DNA of 64,000 nucleotides from Betaproteobacteria bacterium Ga0077527 (GCA_001464815.1 LNDW01000023.1:15529-79528), one strand, 5' to 3'; shown: positions 49,606 through 59,355, counted from the first letter of the stretch. Translations and numbers: made by a program. Notes: generated from the letters alone by a model not told the origin.

Positions 49606-50451
49606 TCAGAGGCCGAGGCGCTGCCAGATCGCTCGGGTAAGTTCGGCCTGGTTCATGGTGTAGAAGTGCAGGCCCGGTGCGCCGGCGGCGAGCAGGTTGT
49701 CGCAAAGCCGGGTGACGACATCAAGGCCGAAAGCGCGGATCGAATCACTGTCGTCGCCGTAGCCCTCGAGCTTCCTGCGCATCCAGCGCGGGATTTCCGC
49801 GCCGCAGGCGTCGGAAAAACGCGCGAGCTGCGAGAACTTGCCGATCGGCATGATGCCGGGGACGATCGGGATGTTGATGCCCATCGCCTCGCACTCACCG
49901 ACGAAGTGGAAATAACAGTCGGCGTTGTAGAAATACTGGGTGATCGCCGAGTCGGCACCGGCCTCGACCTTGCGCTTGAAATTGAGCAGGTCATCGCGGG
50001 CGTTTTTCGCCTGCGGGTGGTATTCGGGATAGGCCGCCACTTCAATCTGGAACTGGCCAGCAAATTCGCCGCGGATGAAGGCCACCAGCTCGTTGGCGTA
50101 ATGGAACTCGCCCGAAGTCGCGGTGCCCGAGGGCAGATCGCCGCGCAGTGCCACCAGGTGGCGGATGCCCTGCGCGCGGTAGCCCTGCAGAATCTCGCGG
50201 ATCTCATCGCGCGAGGAGCCGATGCAGGAGATATGCGGTGCGGCGGCATGGCCCGCTGCGCGCAGGTCGAGCACCGCGCGCAGGGTGCGCTCGCGCGTGG
50301 AGCCGCCGGCGCCGTAGGTCACCGAAAAGAATTTCGGCTTGAGTTCGGCAAGCTGCTGCGCCGTGGTGGCGAGCTTGGCCAGGCCCTCCGGCGTGTTCGG
50401 CGGGAAGAACTCGAAACTGAAGGTGCGGGGGTGTTTTTTCTGGGATTCCAT
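49606..50451 (-). CDS. metF: Methylenetetrahydrofolate reductase
   Basis: FSFEFFPP N-terminal motif. Start trimmed to MESQKK at 50451 to avoid overlap with ahcY. Confidence 0.92.
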   Translation of the reverse strand: MESQKKHPRTFSFEFFPPNTPEGLAKLATTAQQLAELKPKFFSVTYGAGGSTRERTLRAVLDLRAAGHAAAPHISCIGSSRDEIREILQGYRAQGIRHLVALRGDLPSGTATSGEFHYANELVAFIRGEFAGQFQIEVAAYPEYHPQAKNARDDLLNFKRKVEAGADSAITQYFYNADCYFHFVGECEAMGINIPIVPGIMPIGKFSQLARFSDACGAEIPRWMRRKLEGYGDDSDSIRAFGLDVVTRLCDNLLAAGAPGLHFYTMNQAELTRAIWQRLGL

Positions 50452-50457
50452 GGCGGT

Positions 50458-50486
50458 GGATGCCCTGCAGGTCGTGCAGGGCATCC
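50458..50486. other. Perfect 12-bp inverted repeat in the ahcY-metF spacer
   Basis: GGATGCCCTGCA-GGTCG-TGCAGGGCATCC with no U-tract on either strand. Confidence 0.5.
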
Positions 50487-50494
50487 TGCTCCGG

Positions 50495-51898
50495 TCAGTA
50501 GCGGTAGTGTTCCGGCTTGAACGGGCCATCGACCGGCATGTGCAGGTACTCGGCCTGCTTTTCGCTCAGCACGGTCAGTTCGACGCCGAGTTTTTTCAGG
50601 TGCAGGCGCGCGACCTTCTCGTCGAGGTGCTTCGGCAGCACATAGACCTTGTTCTGGTACTTCGAGCCCTGGGTGTAGAGCTCAAGCTGCGCCAGCGTCT
50701 GGTTGGTGAATGAACTCGACATCACGAAGGACGGGTGTCCTGTGCCGCAGCCGAGGTTCACCAGGCGGCCTTCGGCGAGGATGATCAGCCGTTTGCCGTC
50801 CGGGAAAATCACGTGGTCAACCTGGGGCTTGATGTTCTCCCACTTGTACTGCTTGAGGTTGGCGATCTCGATCTCGGAGTCGAAGTGGCCGATGTTGCAG
50901 ACAATGGCGTTGTTCTTCATCCGCTTCATGTGGTCGTGGTTGATCACGCCGAGGTTGCCGGTGGCGGTGACAAAAATGTCGGCCTTGTCGGCGGCGTAGT
51001 CCATGGTCACCACGCGGAAGCCTTCCATTGCCGCCTGCAGCGCGCAGATCGGATCGACTTCGGTCACCCAGACCTGGGCAGACAGCGCGCGCAGCGCCTG
51101 CGCGCTGCCCTTGCCGACGTCACCGAAACCGCAGACCAGAGCGATCTTGCCGGCGACCATCACGTCGGTGGCGCGCTTGATCGCGTCAACCAGCGACTCG
51201 CGGCAGCCGTAGAGGTTGTCGAACTTGGACTTGGTCACCGAATCGTTGACGTTGATTGCCGGGAAGGGCAGGCGGCCCTCTTTTTCCATCTGGTACAGGC
51301 GATGCACGCCGGTGGTGGTCTCTTCAGTGACGCCGCGGATGTTCTTCTCGATGTTCGAGTAGTAGCCGGGCTGTTCCTTGAGGCGTTTGCGCATCGCCGC
51401 GAACAGCACGTGCTCCTCCTCGTTCGTGCCTTCAGGCGGCAGCGTCTTGTTGCGCTCGTGCTGCGCGCCCAGCGTGACCAGCAGGGTGGCATCGCCGCCA
51501 TCGTCGAGGATCATGTTCGGCGTGCCGCCGTCCGACCATTCGAGAATCCTGTGGGTATATTCCCAGTAGTCTTCCAGCGATTCGCCCTTGTAGGCGAATA
51601 CCGGGATGCCGGCCGCGGCGATCGCAGCGGCGGCGTGGTCCTGGGTCGAGAAAATATTGCACGACGCCCAGCGGATGTCGGCGCCGAGATCGGCCAGGGT
51701 CTCGATCAGCACCGCGGTCTGGATGGTCATGTGCAGAGAACCGGCGATGCGCGCGCCTTTCAGCGGCTTCTTGCCCTTGTTTTCCTCGCGGATCGCCATC
51801 AGGCCGGGCATCTCGGTTTCGGCAATGGCGATTTCCTTGCGGCCGAAATCGGCCTGTTTGATGTCGGCGACCTTGTAGTCAGCGGCTTTGGCGTTCAT
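50495..51898 (-). CDS. ahcY: Adenosylhomocysteinase
   Basis: 467 aa with the YKVADI N-terminus, NAD-binding GYGDVGKG-like motif (GFGDVGKG) and C-terminal EHYRY. Confidence 0.97.
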   Translation of the reverse strand: MNAKAADYKVADIKQADFGRKEIAIAETEMPGLMAIREENKGKKPLKGARIAGSLHMTIQTAVLIETLADLGADIRWASCNIFSTQDHAAAAIAAAGIPVFAYKGESLEDYWEYTHRILEWSDGGTPNMILDDGGDATLLVTLGAQHERNKTLPPEGTNEEEHVLFAAMRKRLKEQPGYYSNIEKNIRGVTEETTTGVHRLYQMEKEGRLPFPAINVNDSVTKSKFDNLYGCRESLVDAIKRATDVMVAGKIALVCGFGDVGKGSAQALRALSAQVWVTEVDPICALQAAMEGFRVVTMDYAADKADIFVTATGNLGVINHDHMKRMKNNAIVCNIGHFDSEIEIANLKQYKWENIKPQVDHVIFPDGKRLIILAEGRLVNLGCGTGHPSFVMSSSFTNQTLAQLELYTQGSKYQNKVYVLPKHLDEKVARLHLKKLGVELTVLSEKQAEYLHMPVDGPFKPEHYRY

Positions 51899-51920
51899 TT
51901 GTGCTGCTCCTGAAAAATAC

Positions 51921-51993
51921 GGGCGCCGTTGTCAGCGTGACCTTCCGAGCCTGGCCGGCGGCGTGGTGCCGGTCCGGTCGCAGCGCCCCTCGG
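51921..51993 (-). promoter_or_regulatory. SAH riboswitch aptamer, proximal copy
   Basis: RNA CCGAGGGGCGCUGCGACCGG..CCGGCCAGGCUCGG..ACAACGGCGCCC fits the SAH-riboswitch core as I recall it (AGGAGCGCUGCGAC / GCCAGGCUC / AACGGCGCUC). SD CAGGAG lies about 10 nt downstream. Confidence 0.75.
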
Positions 51994-52020
51994 GGGTACG
52001 CATGTTTAAAACTGAAAACG

Positions 52021-52055
52021 AAAAAAAGCGCTCGCACCGTTGCCGGTGCGAGCGC
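52021..52055 (-). terminator. Intrinsic terminator forming the expression platform of the distal SAH riboswitch
   Basis: GCGCUCGCACCG-GCAA-CGGUGCGAGCGC followed by U7. The 5' arm is the same GCGCUC that forms the aptamer pseudoknot. Confidence 0.85.
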
Positions 52056-52108
52056 CGTTGATTCTTGCTGAGCCTGGCCGGCAGTAACCGGTCGCAACGC
52101 TCCTCAGC
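52050..52108 (-). promoter_or_regulatory. SAH riboswitch aptamer, distal copy
   Basis: RNA GCUGAGGAGCGUUGCGACCGGUUACUGCCGGCCAGGCUCAGCAAGAAUCAACGGCGCUC. Confidence 0.8.
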
Positions 52109-52115
52109 GGCGCGC

Positions 52116-52121
52116 ATTATA
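52116..52121 (-). promoter_or_regulatory. Candidate -10 box for the ahcY leader
   Basis: TATAAT about 8 nt upstream of the first aptamer; no convincing -35. Confidence 0.35.
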
Positions 52122-52162
52122 GCCGATGCTCGTGTGCGCCATCTCCGGTGGGCGGTATGTCT

Positions 52163-52195
52163 CATAACTTATTGTTTATAATAATATTTTTTGAG
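52163..52195 (+). repeat. AT-rich element, family member E
   Basis: CATAACTTATTGTTTATAATAATATTTTTTGAG; contains the 14-mer TTATTGTTTATAAT also present at 29980-29993. Confidence 0.55.
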
Positions 52196-52207
52196 AACAC
52201 TCATCGC

Positions 52208-52858
52208 ATGATGGATGCCGTTTCATGGCCGCTTGCTTTCGGCGCACTCGCACTGCTGCTGCATGTGGCGGGTTACGCTTGGTATGCGCGCGAAATCTTC
52301 CGCGGCCGCACCCGGCCCAATGCCGCGAGCTGGCTGATGTGGCTGGTCGGTGCCTGGGTCGAGTATGTGACCTTTGACGCCATCGACAGCCACTGGGCGA
52401 CCTCGGCGCTGCCGCTCGCCTGTTTTCTCGGTTGTTGCGCGATCTTCGCGGTGACCGGCCTGCTGCAGTTGGCGAAATGGCGCTCAGGTTCCAGCGATAC
52501 GGTGTATCTGCCCGCGCGCTGGCCGGATTACACCGCGGTCAGTGCCGACCTCGGCGCCTATGCCGCCTACGCCCTCACCGGCGGCGCGGCCTGGGCTCAT
52601 GCCTTCGCCGTGGTGACCTCCATCGTCAGCTTCATACCGATCTGGCGCACCACCTGGCGACACGGCAATGAAATGCCGGGACCGTGGCTGGTGTGGTGTG
52701 CGGCCTATCTGGCGATGCTCGGTGCGGTGGTTGCCGGTGATGGCGGCGAGCGTCTCGCGCAGAGTGTCTATCCGGTCTATTACTTCCTGCTGTCGCTGGT
52801 GGTGGCGGGGTTGTCGTTTACAGGTTTGCGTGAGTACTTGCGCCGCCGCTGGACCTGA
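52208..52858 (+). CDS. Integral membrane protein of unknown function
   Basis: 216 aa from MMDAVSWPL with about 6-7 predicted TM helices; no family recognised. Sits between the ahcY leader and metK. Confidence 0.6.
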   Translation: MMDAVSWPLAFGALALLLHVAGYAWYAREIFRGRTRPNAASWLMWLVGAWVEYVTFDAIDSHWATSALPLACFLGCCAIFAVTGLLQLAKWRSGSSDTVYLPARWPDYTAVSADLGAYAAYALTGGAAWAHAFAVVTSIVSFIPIWRTTWRHGNEMPGPWLVWCAAYLAMLGAVVAGDGGERLAQSVYPVYYFLLSLVVAGLSFTGLREYLRRRWT

Positions 52859-52865
52859 ATCACCA

Positions 52866-52895
52866 ATAAAAACGCCGGCAAGCCGGCGTTTTTAT
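52866..52895. terminator. Bidirectional rho-independent terminator (metK / membrane protein)
   Basis: AAAAA-CGCCGG-CAAG-CCGGCG-TTTTT between convergent genes. Confidence 0.8.
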
Positions 52896-52909
52896 TGAAG
52901 CGGTGAAAC

Positions 52910-54076
52910 TTACTTGATGCCGGCGTCGGCCTTCAGTGCGGCAGCCTTGTCGGTGTGCTCCCAGCTGAATTCCGGCTCGTCGCGGCCGAAGTGGCCGTGG
53001 GCGGCCGTCTTGGTGTAGATCGGGCGCAGCAGGTCGAGCGACTGGATGATGCCTTTCGGACGCAGGTCGAAGTGTTTCTCGACCAGGGTGGCGATTTTTT
53101 CATCCGAAATCTTGCCGGTGCCGAAGGTATCGACCAGCACGCTGACCGGGCGCGCCACACCGATGGCGTAGGCGACCTGGATTTCGCACTTGCTGGCAAG
53201 GCCGGCAGCGACGATGTTCTTCGCCACATGACGCGCGGCGTAGGCGGCCGAGCGGTCAACCTTCGACGGATCCTTGCCCGAGAACGCGCCGCCACCGTGG
53301 CGCGAGTAGCCGCCGTAGGTGTCGACGATGATCTTGCGGCCGGTGAGGCCGGTGTCGCCCTGCGGGCCGCCGATGACAAAACGGCCGGTCGGGTTGATCA
53401 GGTACTTGGTGTCCTTGGTGATCATTTCCTTCGGCAGCACCGGCTTGCAAACCTGCTCGATGATCGCTTCTTCAATCTGCTTGTGCGTGACTTCCTCGCG
53501 GTGCTGGGTCGAGATCACCACGGTGTCGATGTGGTGCGGCTTGCCGTCAACGTAGCGCACGGAAACCTGCGACTTCGCGTCGGGGCGGGCCCAGGGCAGG
53601 CGGCCGTCGCGGCGCAGCTCGGCGTGGCGCTCCATCAGGCGGTGCGCGTAGTAGATCGGCATCGGCATCAGCTGCGGGGTCTCGTCGCAGGCGAAGCCGA
53701 ACATCAGGCCCTGGTCACCGGCGCCCTGGTCGAGGTCGAGGCCCTTGCCTTCGTCCACGCCCTGCGCGATGTCGGGCGACTGCTGGTCGTAGCACACCAG
53801 CACGCCGCAGCTTTTGTAGTCGAAACCGATGTCGGAATCGTCGTAGCCGATCTGCTTGATCACCTTGCGCGCAACCTGCGCGTAATCGACGCGGGCGCTG
53901 GTGGTCACCTGGCCGGCGAGCACGACGAGGCCGGTGTGGGTCAGGGTTTCAGCGGCGACGCGGCCGGTCTTGTCCTGGCTGATGATGGCGTCGAGCACCG
54001 CGTCGGAAATCGCATCGGCGATTTTGTCGGGATGGCCTTCGGAAACCGATTCGGAAGTAAACAGAAAGTTGCTCAT
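52910..54076 (-). CDS. metK: S-adenosylmethionine synthase
   Basis: 388 aa with [24 protein letters not shown] and GGGAFSGKD motifs. Confidence 0.97.
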   Translation of the reverse strand: MSNFLFTSESVSEGHPDKIADAISDAVLDAIISQDKTGRVAAETLTHTGLVVLAGQVTTSARVDYAQVARKVIKQIGYDDSDIGFDYKSCGVLVCYDQQSPDIAQGVDEGKGLDLDQGAGDQGLMFGFACDETPQLMPMPIYYAHRLMERHAELRRDGRLPWARPDAKSQVSVRYVDGKPHHIDTVVISTQHREEVTHKQIEEAIIEQVCKPVLPKEMITKDTKYLINPTGRFVIGGPQGDTGLTGRKIIVDTYGGYSRHGGGAFSGKDPSKVDRSAAYAARHVAKNIVAAGLASKCEIQVAYAIGVARPVSVLVDTFGTGKISDEKIATLVEKHFDLRPKGIIQSLDLLRPIYTKTAAHGHFGRDEPEFSWEHTDKAAALKADAGIK

Positions 54077-54197
54077 GGTCAGTGTGCGTAGTCGCTGTAG
54101 GTTGATCGGAAGGTGTTCTTTGCAGCAGGGGGGGGTAGGGCAAAAAGGCGGCTAGAATAGCATATAACCCCCGATTTATTAACGGATTTTCTGGCCA

Positions 54198-55040
54198 ATG
54201 CCCGTGTCAACCACTGTGCTGCACGCAGTGCTCCTCATCACCGCGCGTATGCCCTTGGCGGCACTGCATTTTTTCGGTGCCGGGCTGGGCTGGATGATCT
54301 ATGCCGCCTCGCCGACCTATCGCCGCCGCCTGCGCGAAAACCTGCGGATCGCCGGTTATCACGATGACCCAACGCGTCTCGCGGCCATCGCCGAAGCGGG
54401 GAGGGGCTTGAGCGAACTCGCGCGCATCTGGTTCGGCCCGGACGATGAACTGGAGCGCATCGTGCGCTGTGATGACTGGGCGGTGGTCGAGGCCGCGCGT
54501 GCCGAAGGCCGCGGCCTTATTTTCCTGACGCCGCACCTCGGCTGCTTTGAAGTGTCCGCCTTGTATGGCGCGCGCCGTTTGCCGCTGACCGTGCTTTACC
54601 GGCCGCCGAAACGCGCCGGGCTCGAACCGCTGATGCTTGCCGGCCGCACGCGCACCTCGGCACGGCTGGCGCCGGCCACACTCACCGGGGTACGCCAGCT
54701 GATCAAGGCGCTCAAGCGCGGCGAGGCCATCGGCATCCTGCCCGACCAGGCACCGGGTGTCGGTGAAGGTGAATGGGCGGATTTTTTCGGCAAGCCTGCC
54801 TACACCATGACCCTCGCCGGACGCCTGCAGCAATCCACCAATGCCGCGGTGGTGATGGCTTTTGCCGAACGTCTGCCCGCAGGCGCCGGGTATCAACTGC
54901 ATCTTCGGCGCATCGCGGCGGATCCACTCGGCCCGCAACAGCTCAACCGTGCCGTCGAAGACGTGATCAGGATGCAGCCGGCGCAGTATTTCTGGGGATA
55001 TAACCGGTACAAAAAGCCTGCGGGGAGTCATCAACAATGA
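54198..55040 (+). CDS. Lipid A biosynthesis (Kdo)2-lipid IVA acyltransferase, LpxL/HtrB family
   Basis: 280 aa with the N-terminal TM anchor and LpxL/MsbB-family layout (PHLGCFE region). Confidence 0.8.
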   Translation: MPVSTTVLHAVLLITARMPLAALHFFGAGLGWMIYAASPTYRRRLRENLRIAGYHDDPTRLAAIAEAGRGLSELARIWFGPDDELERIVRCDDWAVVEAARAEGRGLIFLTPHLGCFEVSALYGARRLPLTVLYRPPKRAGLEPLMLAGRTRTSARLAPATLTGVRQLIKALKRGEAIGILPDQAPGVGEGEWADFFGKPAYTMTLAGRLQQSTNAAVVMAFAERLPAGAGYQLHLRRIAADPLGPQQLNRAVEDVIRMQPAQYFWGYNRYKKPAGSHQQ

Positions 55041-55050
55041 TGCAACCCGC

Positions 55051-55917
55051 ATGACCCGCTTCGGACTCTTCCTGATCTGGCTGCTCCACTGGCTGCCCTT
55101 GCCCATGCTCGCGGCGGTGGGGCGTTTTGCCGGTGCGCTGCTCCATGCGCTGGCCGGTGAACGGCGGCGGGTGGTGCTGACCAATCTGCGGCTGTGTTTT
55201 CCGTTTTTGAATGACACCGAACACAAGGCGATTGCCCGTGAACATTTCGCGGTGTTCGCGCGCAGCCTGCTCGAACACGGCATCCTGTGGTGGGGCAGCC
55301 GCGAGCGGGTGCTCAAGCTGGTGCGCATCGAGGGCATGGAGCACTGGCAGGCGGTGCGCGACCGGCCGGTGATCTGGCTGGCGCCGCATTTTGTCGGGCT
55401 CGACATGGGCGGCATCCGGCTCACCGCCGAATTTCCGCTGGTGTCGGTGTACAGCAAACAGAAGAACCCGGCCTTTGACCGCATCCTGCTGCACGGGCGC
55501 ACGCGGCTGGGGCCGACCGAGCTGTATTCGCGGCAGGACGGCATCCGCCCGGTGGCGAAAGCGATCAAAAACGGTCTGCCTTTCTATTACCTGCCGGACA
55601 TGGATTTCGGCGAGCGCGATTCGATCTTCGTGCCCTTTTTCGGCGTGCCCGCTGCAACCATCACCGGGCTCGCGCGTATCGCTGCGCTGACCGGCGCGGT
55701 GGTGGTGCCGGCGGTGACCACGCAGCAGCCGGGCGGACAGGGTTATGTGCTGCGTTTTCATCCGGCCTGGGAGAATTACCCCAGCGGCGACATCGCCGCC
55801 GACACCCGGCGCATGAATGCCTTCATCGAAGAGCAGGTGCGCGGCATGCCGGCGCAGTACTACTGGCTGCACAAACGCTTCAAGACGCGGCCGCCGGGCG
55901 AGGCCCGGTTCTATTGA
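55051..55917 (+). CDS. Second lipid A late acyltransferase, LpxL/LpxM family
   Basis: 288 aa paralogue of the preceding gene ([24 protein letters not shown]). Confidence 0.8.
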   Translation: MTRFGLFLIWLLHWLPLPMLAAVGRFAGALLHALAGERRRVVLTNLRLCFPFLNDTEHKAIAREHFAVFARSLLEHGILWWGSRERVLKLVRIEGMEHWQAVRDRPVIWLAPHFVGLDMGGIRLTAEFPLVSVYSKQKNPAFDRILLHGRTRLGPTELYSRQDGIRPVAKAIKNGLPFYYLPDMDFGERDSIFVPFFGVPAATITGLARIAALTGAVVVPAVTTQQPGGQGYVLRFHPAWENYPSGDIAADTRRMNAFIEEQVRGMPAQYYWLHKRFKTRPPGEARFY

Positions 55918-55918
55918 C

Positions 55919-56425
55919 ATGACGCAGATCCGCGACGGCATCACCCTGCTGCAGGACGCCGATGTCGAGGCAGTCACTGCACTCGCCGGCGAGGTCTGGC
56001 ACGCGCATTACCCGGGCATCATCAGCGATGCGCAGATAAAATACATGCTGGCGCAGCGCTACGATCCTGCGGTCATCCGCAGCGAACTGGCGCGCGACGA
56101 TGTGTGGTGGTTCGTGTTGCGCGAGGCCGGAGTGCCCGCAGCCTTCATGGCACTGCAGCCAGACGCGCCGGGCACGATGAAGATCGACAAGCTGTATGTA
56201 AAGCCGGCACGCCAGCGCGGCGGCTGTGGCGGCAGGCTGATTGCACAGGCTGCAGCAGTGGCGCGCAAGGCGGGTTGCGGTGAGCTGGTGCTGGCGGTGA
56301 ACCGCCGCAACGTCAATGCGATTGCCGCTTACCGCAAGCACGGTTTCACGGTGCGCGAGTCAGTGGTCAAGGACATCGGCGGCGGATTCGTGATGGATGA
56401 TTTCGTGATGGTGAAGGCCATTTGA
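55919..56425 (+). CDS. GNAT family N-acetyltransferase
   Basis: 168 aa from MTQIRDG with the acetyl-CoA motif [12 protein letters not shown]. Confidence 0.8.
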   Translation: MTQIRDGITLLQDADVEAVTALAGEVWHAHYPGIISDAQIKYMLAQRYDPAVIRSELARDDVWWFVLREAGVPAAFMALQPDAPGTMKIDKLYVKPARQRGGCGGRLIAQAAAVARKAGCGELVLAVNRRNVNAIAAYRKHGFTVRESVVKDIGGGFVMDDFVMVKAI

Positions 56426-56427
56426 AC

Positions 56428-56841
56428 ATGTTCCACAACCCCGATGCCGAAGCGCGCTGCGCGCTGCTCAAATCCGTGAAGACCATCGCCGTGGTCGGCC
56501 TGTCGCCGAATGCCGCGCGGCCCAGCTACGGCGTGTCGAAGGCGATGCAGGATTTCGGTTTCCGTGTGATTCCGGTGCATCCGGCCGCCACTGAAATCCT
56601 CGGCGAGAAGGTGTATCCCTCGCTGAAGGACATCCCGGAAAAAATCGATCTCGTTGATGTGTTCCGCAGCGCCGAGTTCATCGATGGGGTGGTCGATGAA
56701 TGCCTGGCGCTGAATCTCAAGGCGATCTGGATCCAGGAAGGCATCGTCAACGAACCCGCGGCGTTGCGCGCGCAGGCCGGAGGCATGACGGTGATCATGG
56801 ACCGCTGCATTTATCGCGACTACCGCGATCAGTGCCGATAA
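56428..56841 (+). CDS. CoA-binding domain protein (YccU/YneT family)
   Basis: About 137 aa with [18 protein letters not shown] and DVFR motifs. Start at ATG 56428 (the ORF also allows TTG 56422). Confidence 0.8.
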   Translation: MFHNPDAEARCALLKSVKTIAVVGLSPNAARPSYGVSKAMQDFGFRVIPVHPAATEILGEKVYPSLKDIPEKIDLVDVFRSAEFIDGVVDECLALNLKAIWIQEGIVNEPAALRAQAGGMTVIMDRCIYRDYRDQCR

Positions 56842-56854
56842 GGCGCCGCCAGCG

Positions 56855-57691
56855 ATGCGCCTGAAATTCACCAAGATGCATGGCCTCGGCAACGACTTTG
56901 TTGTCATCGATGCCACACAGGCGCCGGTTGCGCTGACACCGGCGCAGTTGCGCTTTGTTGCCGACCGTCATTTCGGCATCGGCTGTGACCAGCTGCTGAT
57001 GGTCGAACCTGCGCGCAGCGCGGACACCGATTTTTATTACCGCATCTTCAACGCCGATGGCGGCGAGGTCGAGCAGTGCGGCAACGGTGCGCGCTGCTTT
57101 GTGCGTTATGTGCACCAGCGCGGGCTGACCGCCAAATCCGTGATCCGTGTCGGCACCCTCGGCGGCGTGATCGAGCCGCGGCTCGAAGCCGACGGCCAGG
57201 TCACCGTGAACATGGGCGCGCCGGTGTTCGAGCCTGCGCGTATTCCCTTCACGGCCGCGGCCGAGGCCCCGCTGTACGATCTGGAAGTAAACAAAAAAAT
57301 CATTAAAATCAATGTCTTATCGATGGGCAATCCACACGCCGTGCAACTCGTCGACAACGTCGACACCGCGCCGGTGGCCGAAGACGGCCCGCTGATCGAG
57401 GCGCATGCGCGGTTTCCGCAGCGGGTGAACGCGGGCTTCATGCAGGTCATCGACCGCAGCCACATCCGCTTGCGCGTGTTTGAGCGTGGTTCCGGTGAAA
57501 CACTGGCCTGCGGTACGGGCGCCTGCGCCGCGGTGGTGTCCGGCATCCGCCGCGGCCTGCTCGATGCGCGCGTGCATGTCGCGACGCGCGGCGGCGACCT
57601 CGTTATAGTATGGGCCGGTGCCGGTGCACCGGTACTGATGACCGGCCCTGCCGTCAGCGTGTTCGACGGTACGGTCGAAATACCGGATTGA
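56855..57691 (+). CDS. dapF: Diaminopimelate epimerase
   Basis: 278 aa with [30 protein letters not shown] and ACGTGACA motifs. Confidence 0.95.
   Translation: MRLKFTKMHGLGNDFVVIDATQAPVALTPAQLRFVADRHFGIGCDQLLMVEPARSADTDFYYRIFNADGGEVEQCGNGARCFVRYVHQRGLTAKSVIRVGTLGGVIEPRLEADGQVTVNMGAPVFEPARIPFTAAAEAPLYDLEVNKKIIKINVLSMGNPHAVQLVDNVDTAPVAEDGPLIEAHARFPQRVNAGFMQVIDRSHIRLRVFERGSGETLACGTGACAAVVSGIRRGLLDARVHVATRGGDLVIVWAGAGAPVLMTGPAVSVFDGTVEIPD
57287..57322 (-). repeat. AT-rich element, family member F (inside dapF)
   Basis: The minus strand reads CGATAAGACATTGATTTTAATGATTTTTTTGTTTAC. The plus strand carries AATCAATGTCTTA (57307-57319), matching the IHF consensus. It encodes [12 protein letters not shown] just before SMGNPH. 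Confidence 0.5.
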
Positions 57692-57767
57692 AGCTACCGG
57701 GTTGAAGCCGAAGCAGCCGCCGCACTGAATCCGAAACAAAGCAAACCACAGCAAGGACTGAGCACTG

Positions 57768-58406
57768 ATGAATCCCAACGACGTCGCGGCCTACCTGAAG
57801 GAACATCCGGACTTTTTCGAGAACCATGCCGACGTCGTCGCCGACGTGATGATTCCGCATCCGCACGGCGGCCGCACCATTTCCATCGGCGAGCGCCAGA
57901 TCCTCACCCTGCGCGAGCGCGCCAGGCAGCTCGAAGCCAAACTCGGCGAGCTGATCCAGTTCGGTGAAGAAAACGATGCCATCGGCGAGAAGGTGCACCG
58001 GCTTGCGCTGGCCTTGCTCGGCGCGCGCGGCGAACAGGCGGTGCGTGAGGCCGCCGCTTTCAACCTGCGCGAGGATTTCACGGTGCCGCATGTCGCGCTG
58101 GCGCTGTGGCATCCGGCCACGGCCGCCGCTGACGCCAGCGAAGCCACACGCGCTTTCACCGCCGGCCTGCTGCACCCGCATTGCGGCCCGCAGGCGATGG
58201 CCGATACCGCCGCGCTGTTCGGTGAAGCCGCACCGCTGCTGAAGTCCTTCGCCTATGTCGCGTTGCGCGGCAAGGAAACCTTCGGCCTGCTCGCGCTGGC
58301 GAGTGAAGATGCGCAGCGCTTCTATCCCGAGATGGGCACGCTGTACCTGACCCGCATCGGCGAACTGGTCGCGGCAGGCCTGCTGCGGCATCTGGAAACG
58401 GCGTGA
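57768..58406 (+). CDS. DUF484 (YigA) family protein
   Basis: 212 aa with the YLKEHPDFF N-terminus, in the conserved position between dapF and xerC. Confidence 0.85.
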   Translation: MNPNDVAAYLKEHPDFFENHADVVADVMIPHPHGGRTISIGERQILTLRERARQLEAKLGELIQFGEENDAIGEKVHRLALALLGARGEQAVREAAAFNLREDFTVPHVALALWHPATAAADASEATRAFTAGLLHPHCGPQAMADTAALFGEAAPLLKSFAYVALRGKETFGLLALASEDAQRFYPEMGTLYLTRIGELVAAGLLRHLETA

Positions 58407-59341
58407 GCGGACGGACAAACCCGAAAACCCCGGCCGCGCCGGCCGCCATCCCCGAAGCCGCGCAACAACTGCTGCAGTCCTACCTCGGGCACCTTGCCCA
58501 CGAACGCCGGCTGTCGCCGCACACCACCAAAAACTACAGCCGCGATATTGAAACGTTGCTGCGCCAGTCCGGCAGCACACCGCCGGCGGCGCTGCGCAAC
58601 CACGACATCCGCCGCGCCATCGCGCAATTACACAGCCGCGGTCTCGATGGCCGCAGCCTCGCGCGCATGCTTTCCGCCTGGCGCGGGTTTTTCAATTACC
58701 TCGCGCGCGACCACGGTGTTGCGCAGAATCCCTGCATCGGCATCCGCGCACCAAAAAGCGCCAAGCGCCTGCCCAAGGCACTGTCGCCGGATGAAGCGCG
58801 GCAACTGGTCGAAATCAAAGGTGATGACATTGATGCCGTGCGCGACCGCGCGATGCTCGAGCTGTTTTATTCCTCGGGCCTGCGCCTGGCCGAGCTGACC
58901 GGGCTCGCGCCCGGTGACATCCACTTCAGCGATGCCACGGTGCGGGTCACCGGCAAGGGCAACAAGACCCGCATCGTGCCGGTGGGCAGCCACGCAAGGC
59001 GCGCATTGCAGGCCTGGCTTGATGCACGCGGCGCGCTGCCCGGCGCCGATGCCGAAGCGCTGTTCGTCAACAACAAGGGCAAACGCGTCTCGCCACGCTT
59101 CATCCAGGCGCGGGTGCAGGCGCGCGGCCTCGAACAGGGCATCGCCGCGCGGGTGCATCCACACATGCTGCGTCACTCCTTCGCCTCGCATGTGCTGCAA
59201 TCCAGCAGCGACCTGCGCGCGGTGCAGGAAATGCTCGGCCACGCCAGTATCTCGACCACGCAGGTGTATACCCAGCTCGACTTCCAGCATCTCGCCAAGA
59301 TCTACGACGCCGCGCATCCGCGCGCCAAACGCAAAACCTGA
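58403..59341 (+). CDS. xerC: Tyrosine recombinase XerC
   Basis: 312 aa with the R..HxxR..Y catalytic set (HMLRHSFASH, TQVYTQ) in dapF-DUF484-xerC context. Confidence 0.9.
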   Translation: MSGRTNPKTPAAPAAIPEAAQQLLQSYLGHLAHERRLSPHTTKNYSRDIETLLRQSGSTPPAALRNHDIRRAIAQLHSRGLDGRSLARMLSAWRGFFNYLARDHGVAQNPCIGIRAPKSAKRLPKALSPDEARQLVEIKGDDIDAVRDRAMLELFYSSGLRLAELTGLAPGDIHFSDATVRVTGKGNKTRIVPVGSHARRALQAWLDARGALPGADAEALFVNNKGKRVSPRFIQARVQARGLEQGIAARVHPHMLRHSFASHVLQSSSDLRAVQEMLGHASISTTQVYTQLDFQHLAKIYDAAHPRAKRKT

Positions 59342-59355
59342 CACGCTCTACCTCT

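Noticed and set aside
51879-52165. 72-aa and 77-aa minus-strand ORFs upstream of ahcY
   Set aside because: They lie entirely within the structured SAH-riboswitch leader and terminator, so the region is better explained as regulatory RNA.
54077-54197. SAM-type riboswitch upstream of metK
   Set aside because: No recognisable SAM-I, SAM-II or SAM-V-like conserved helices or pseudoknot. The region is short and is shared with the divergent lpxL promoter.
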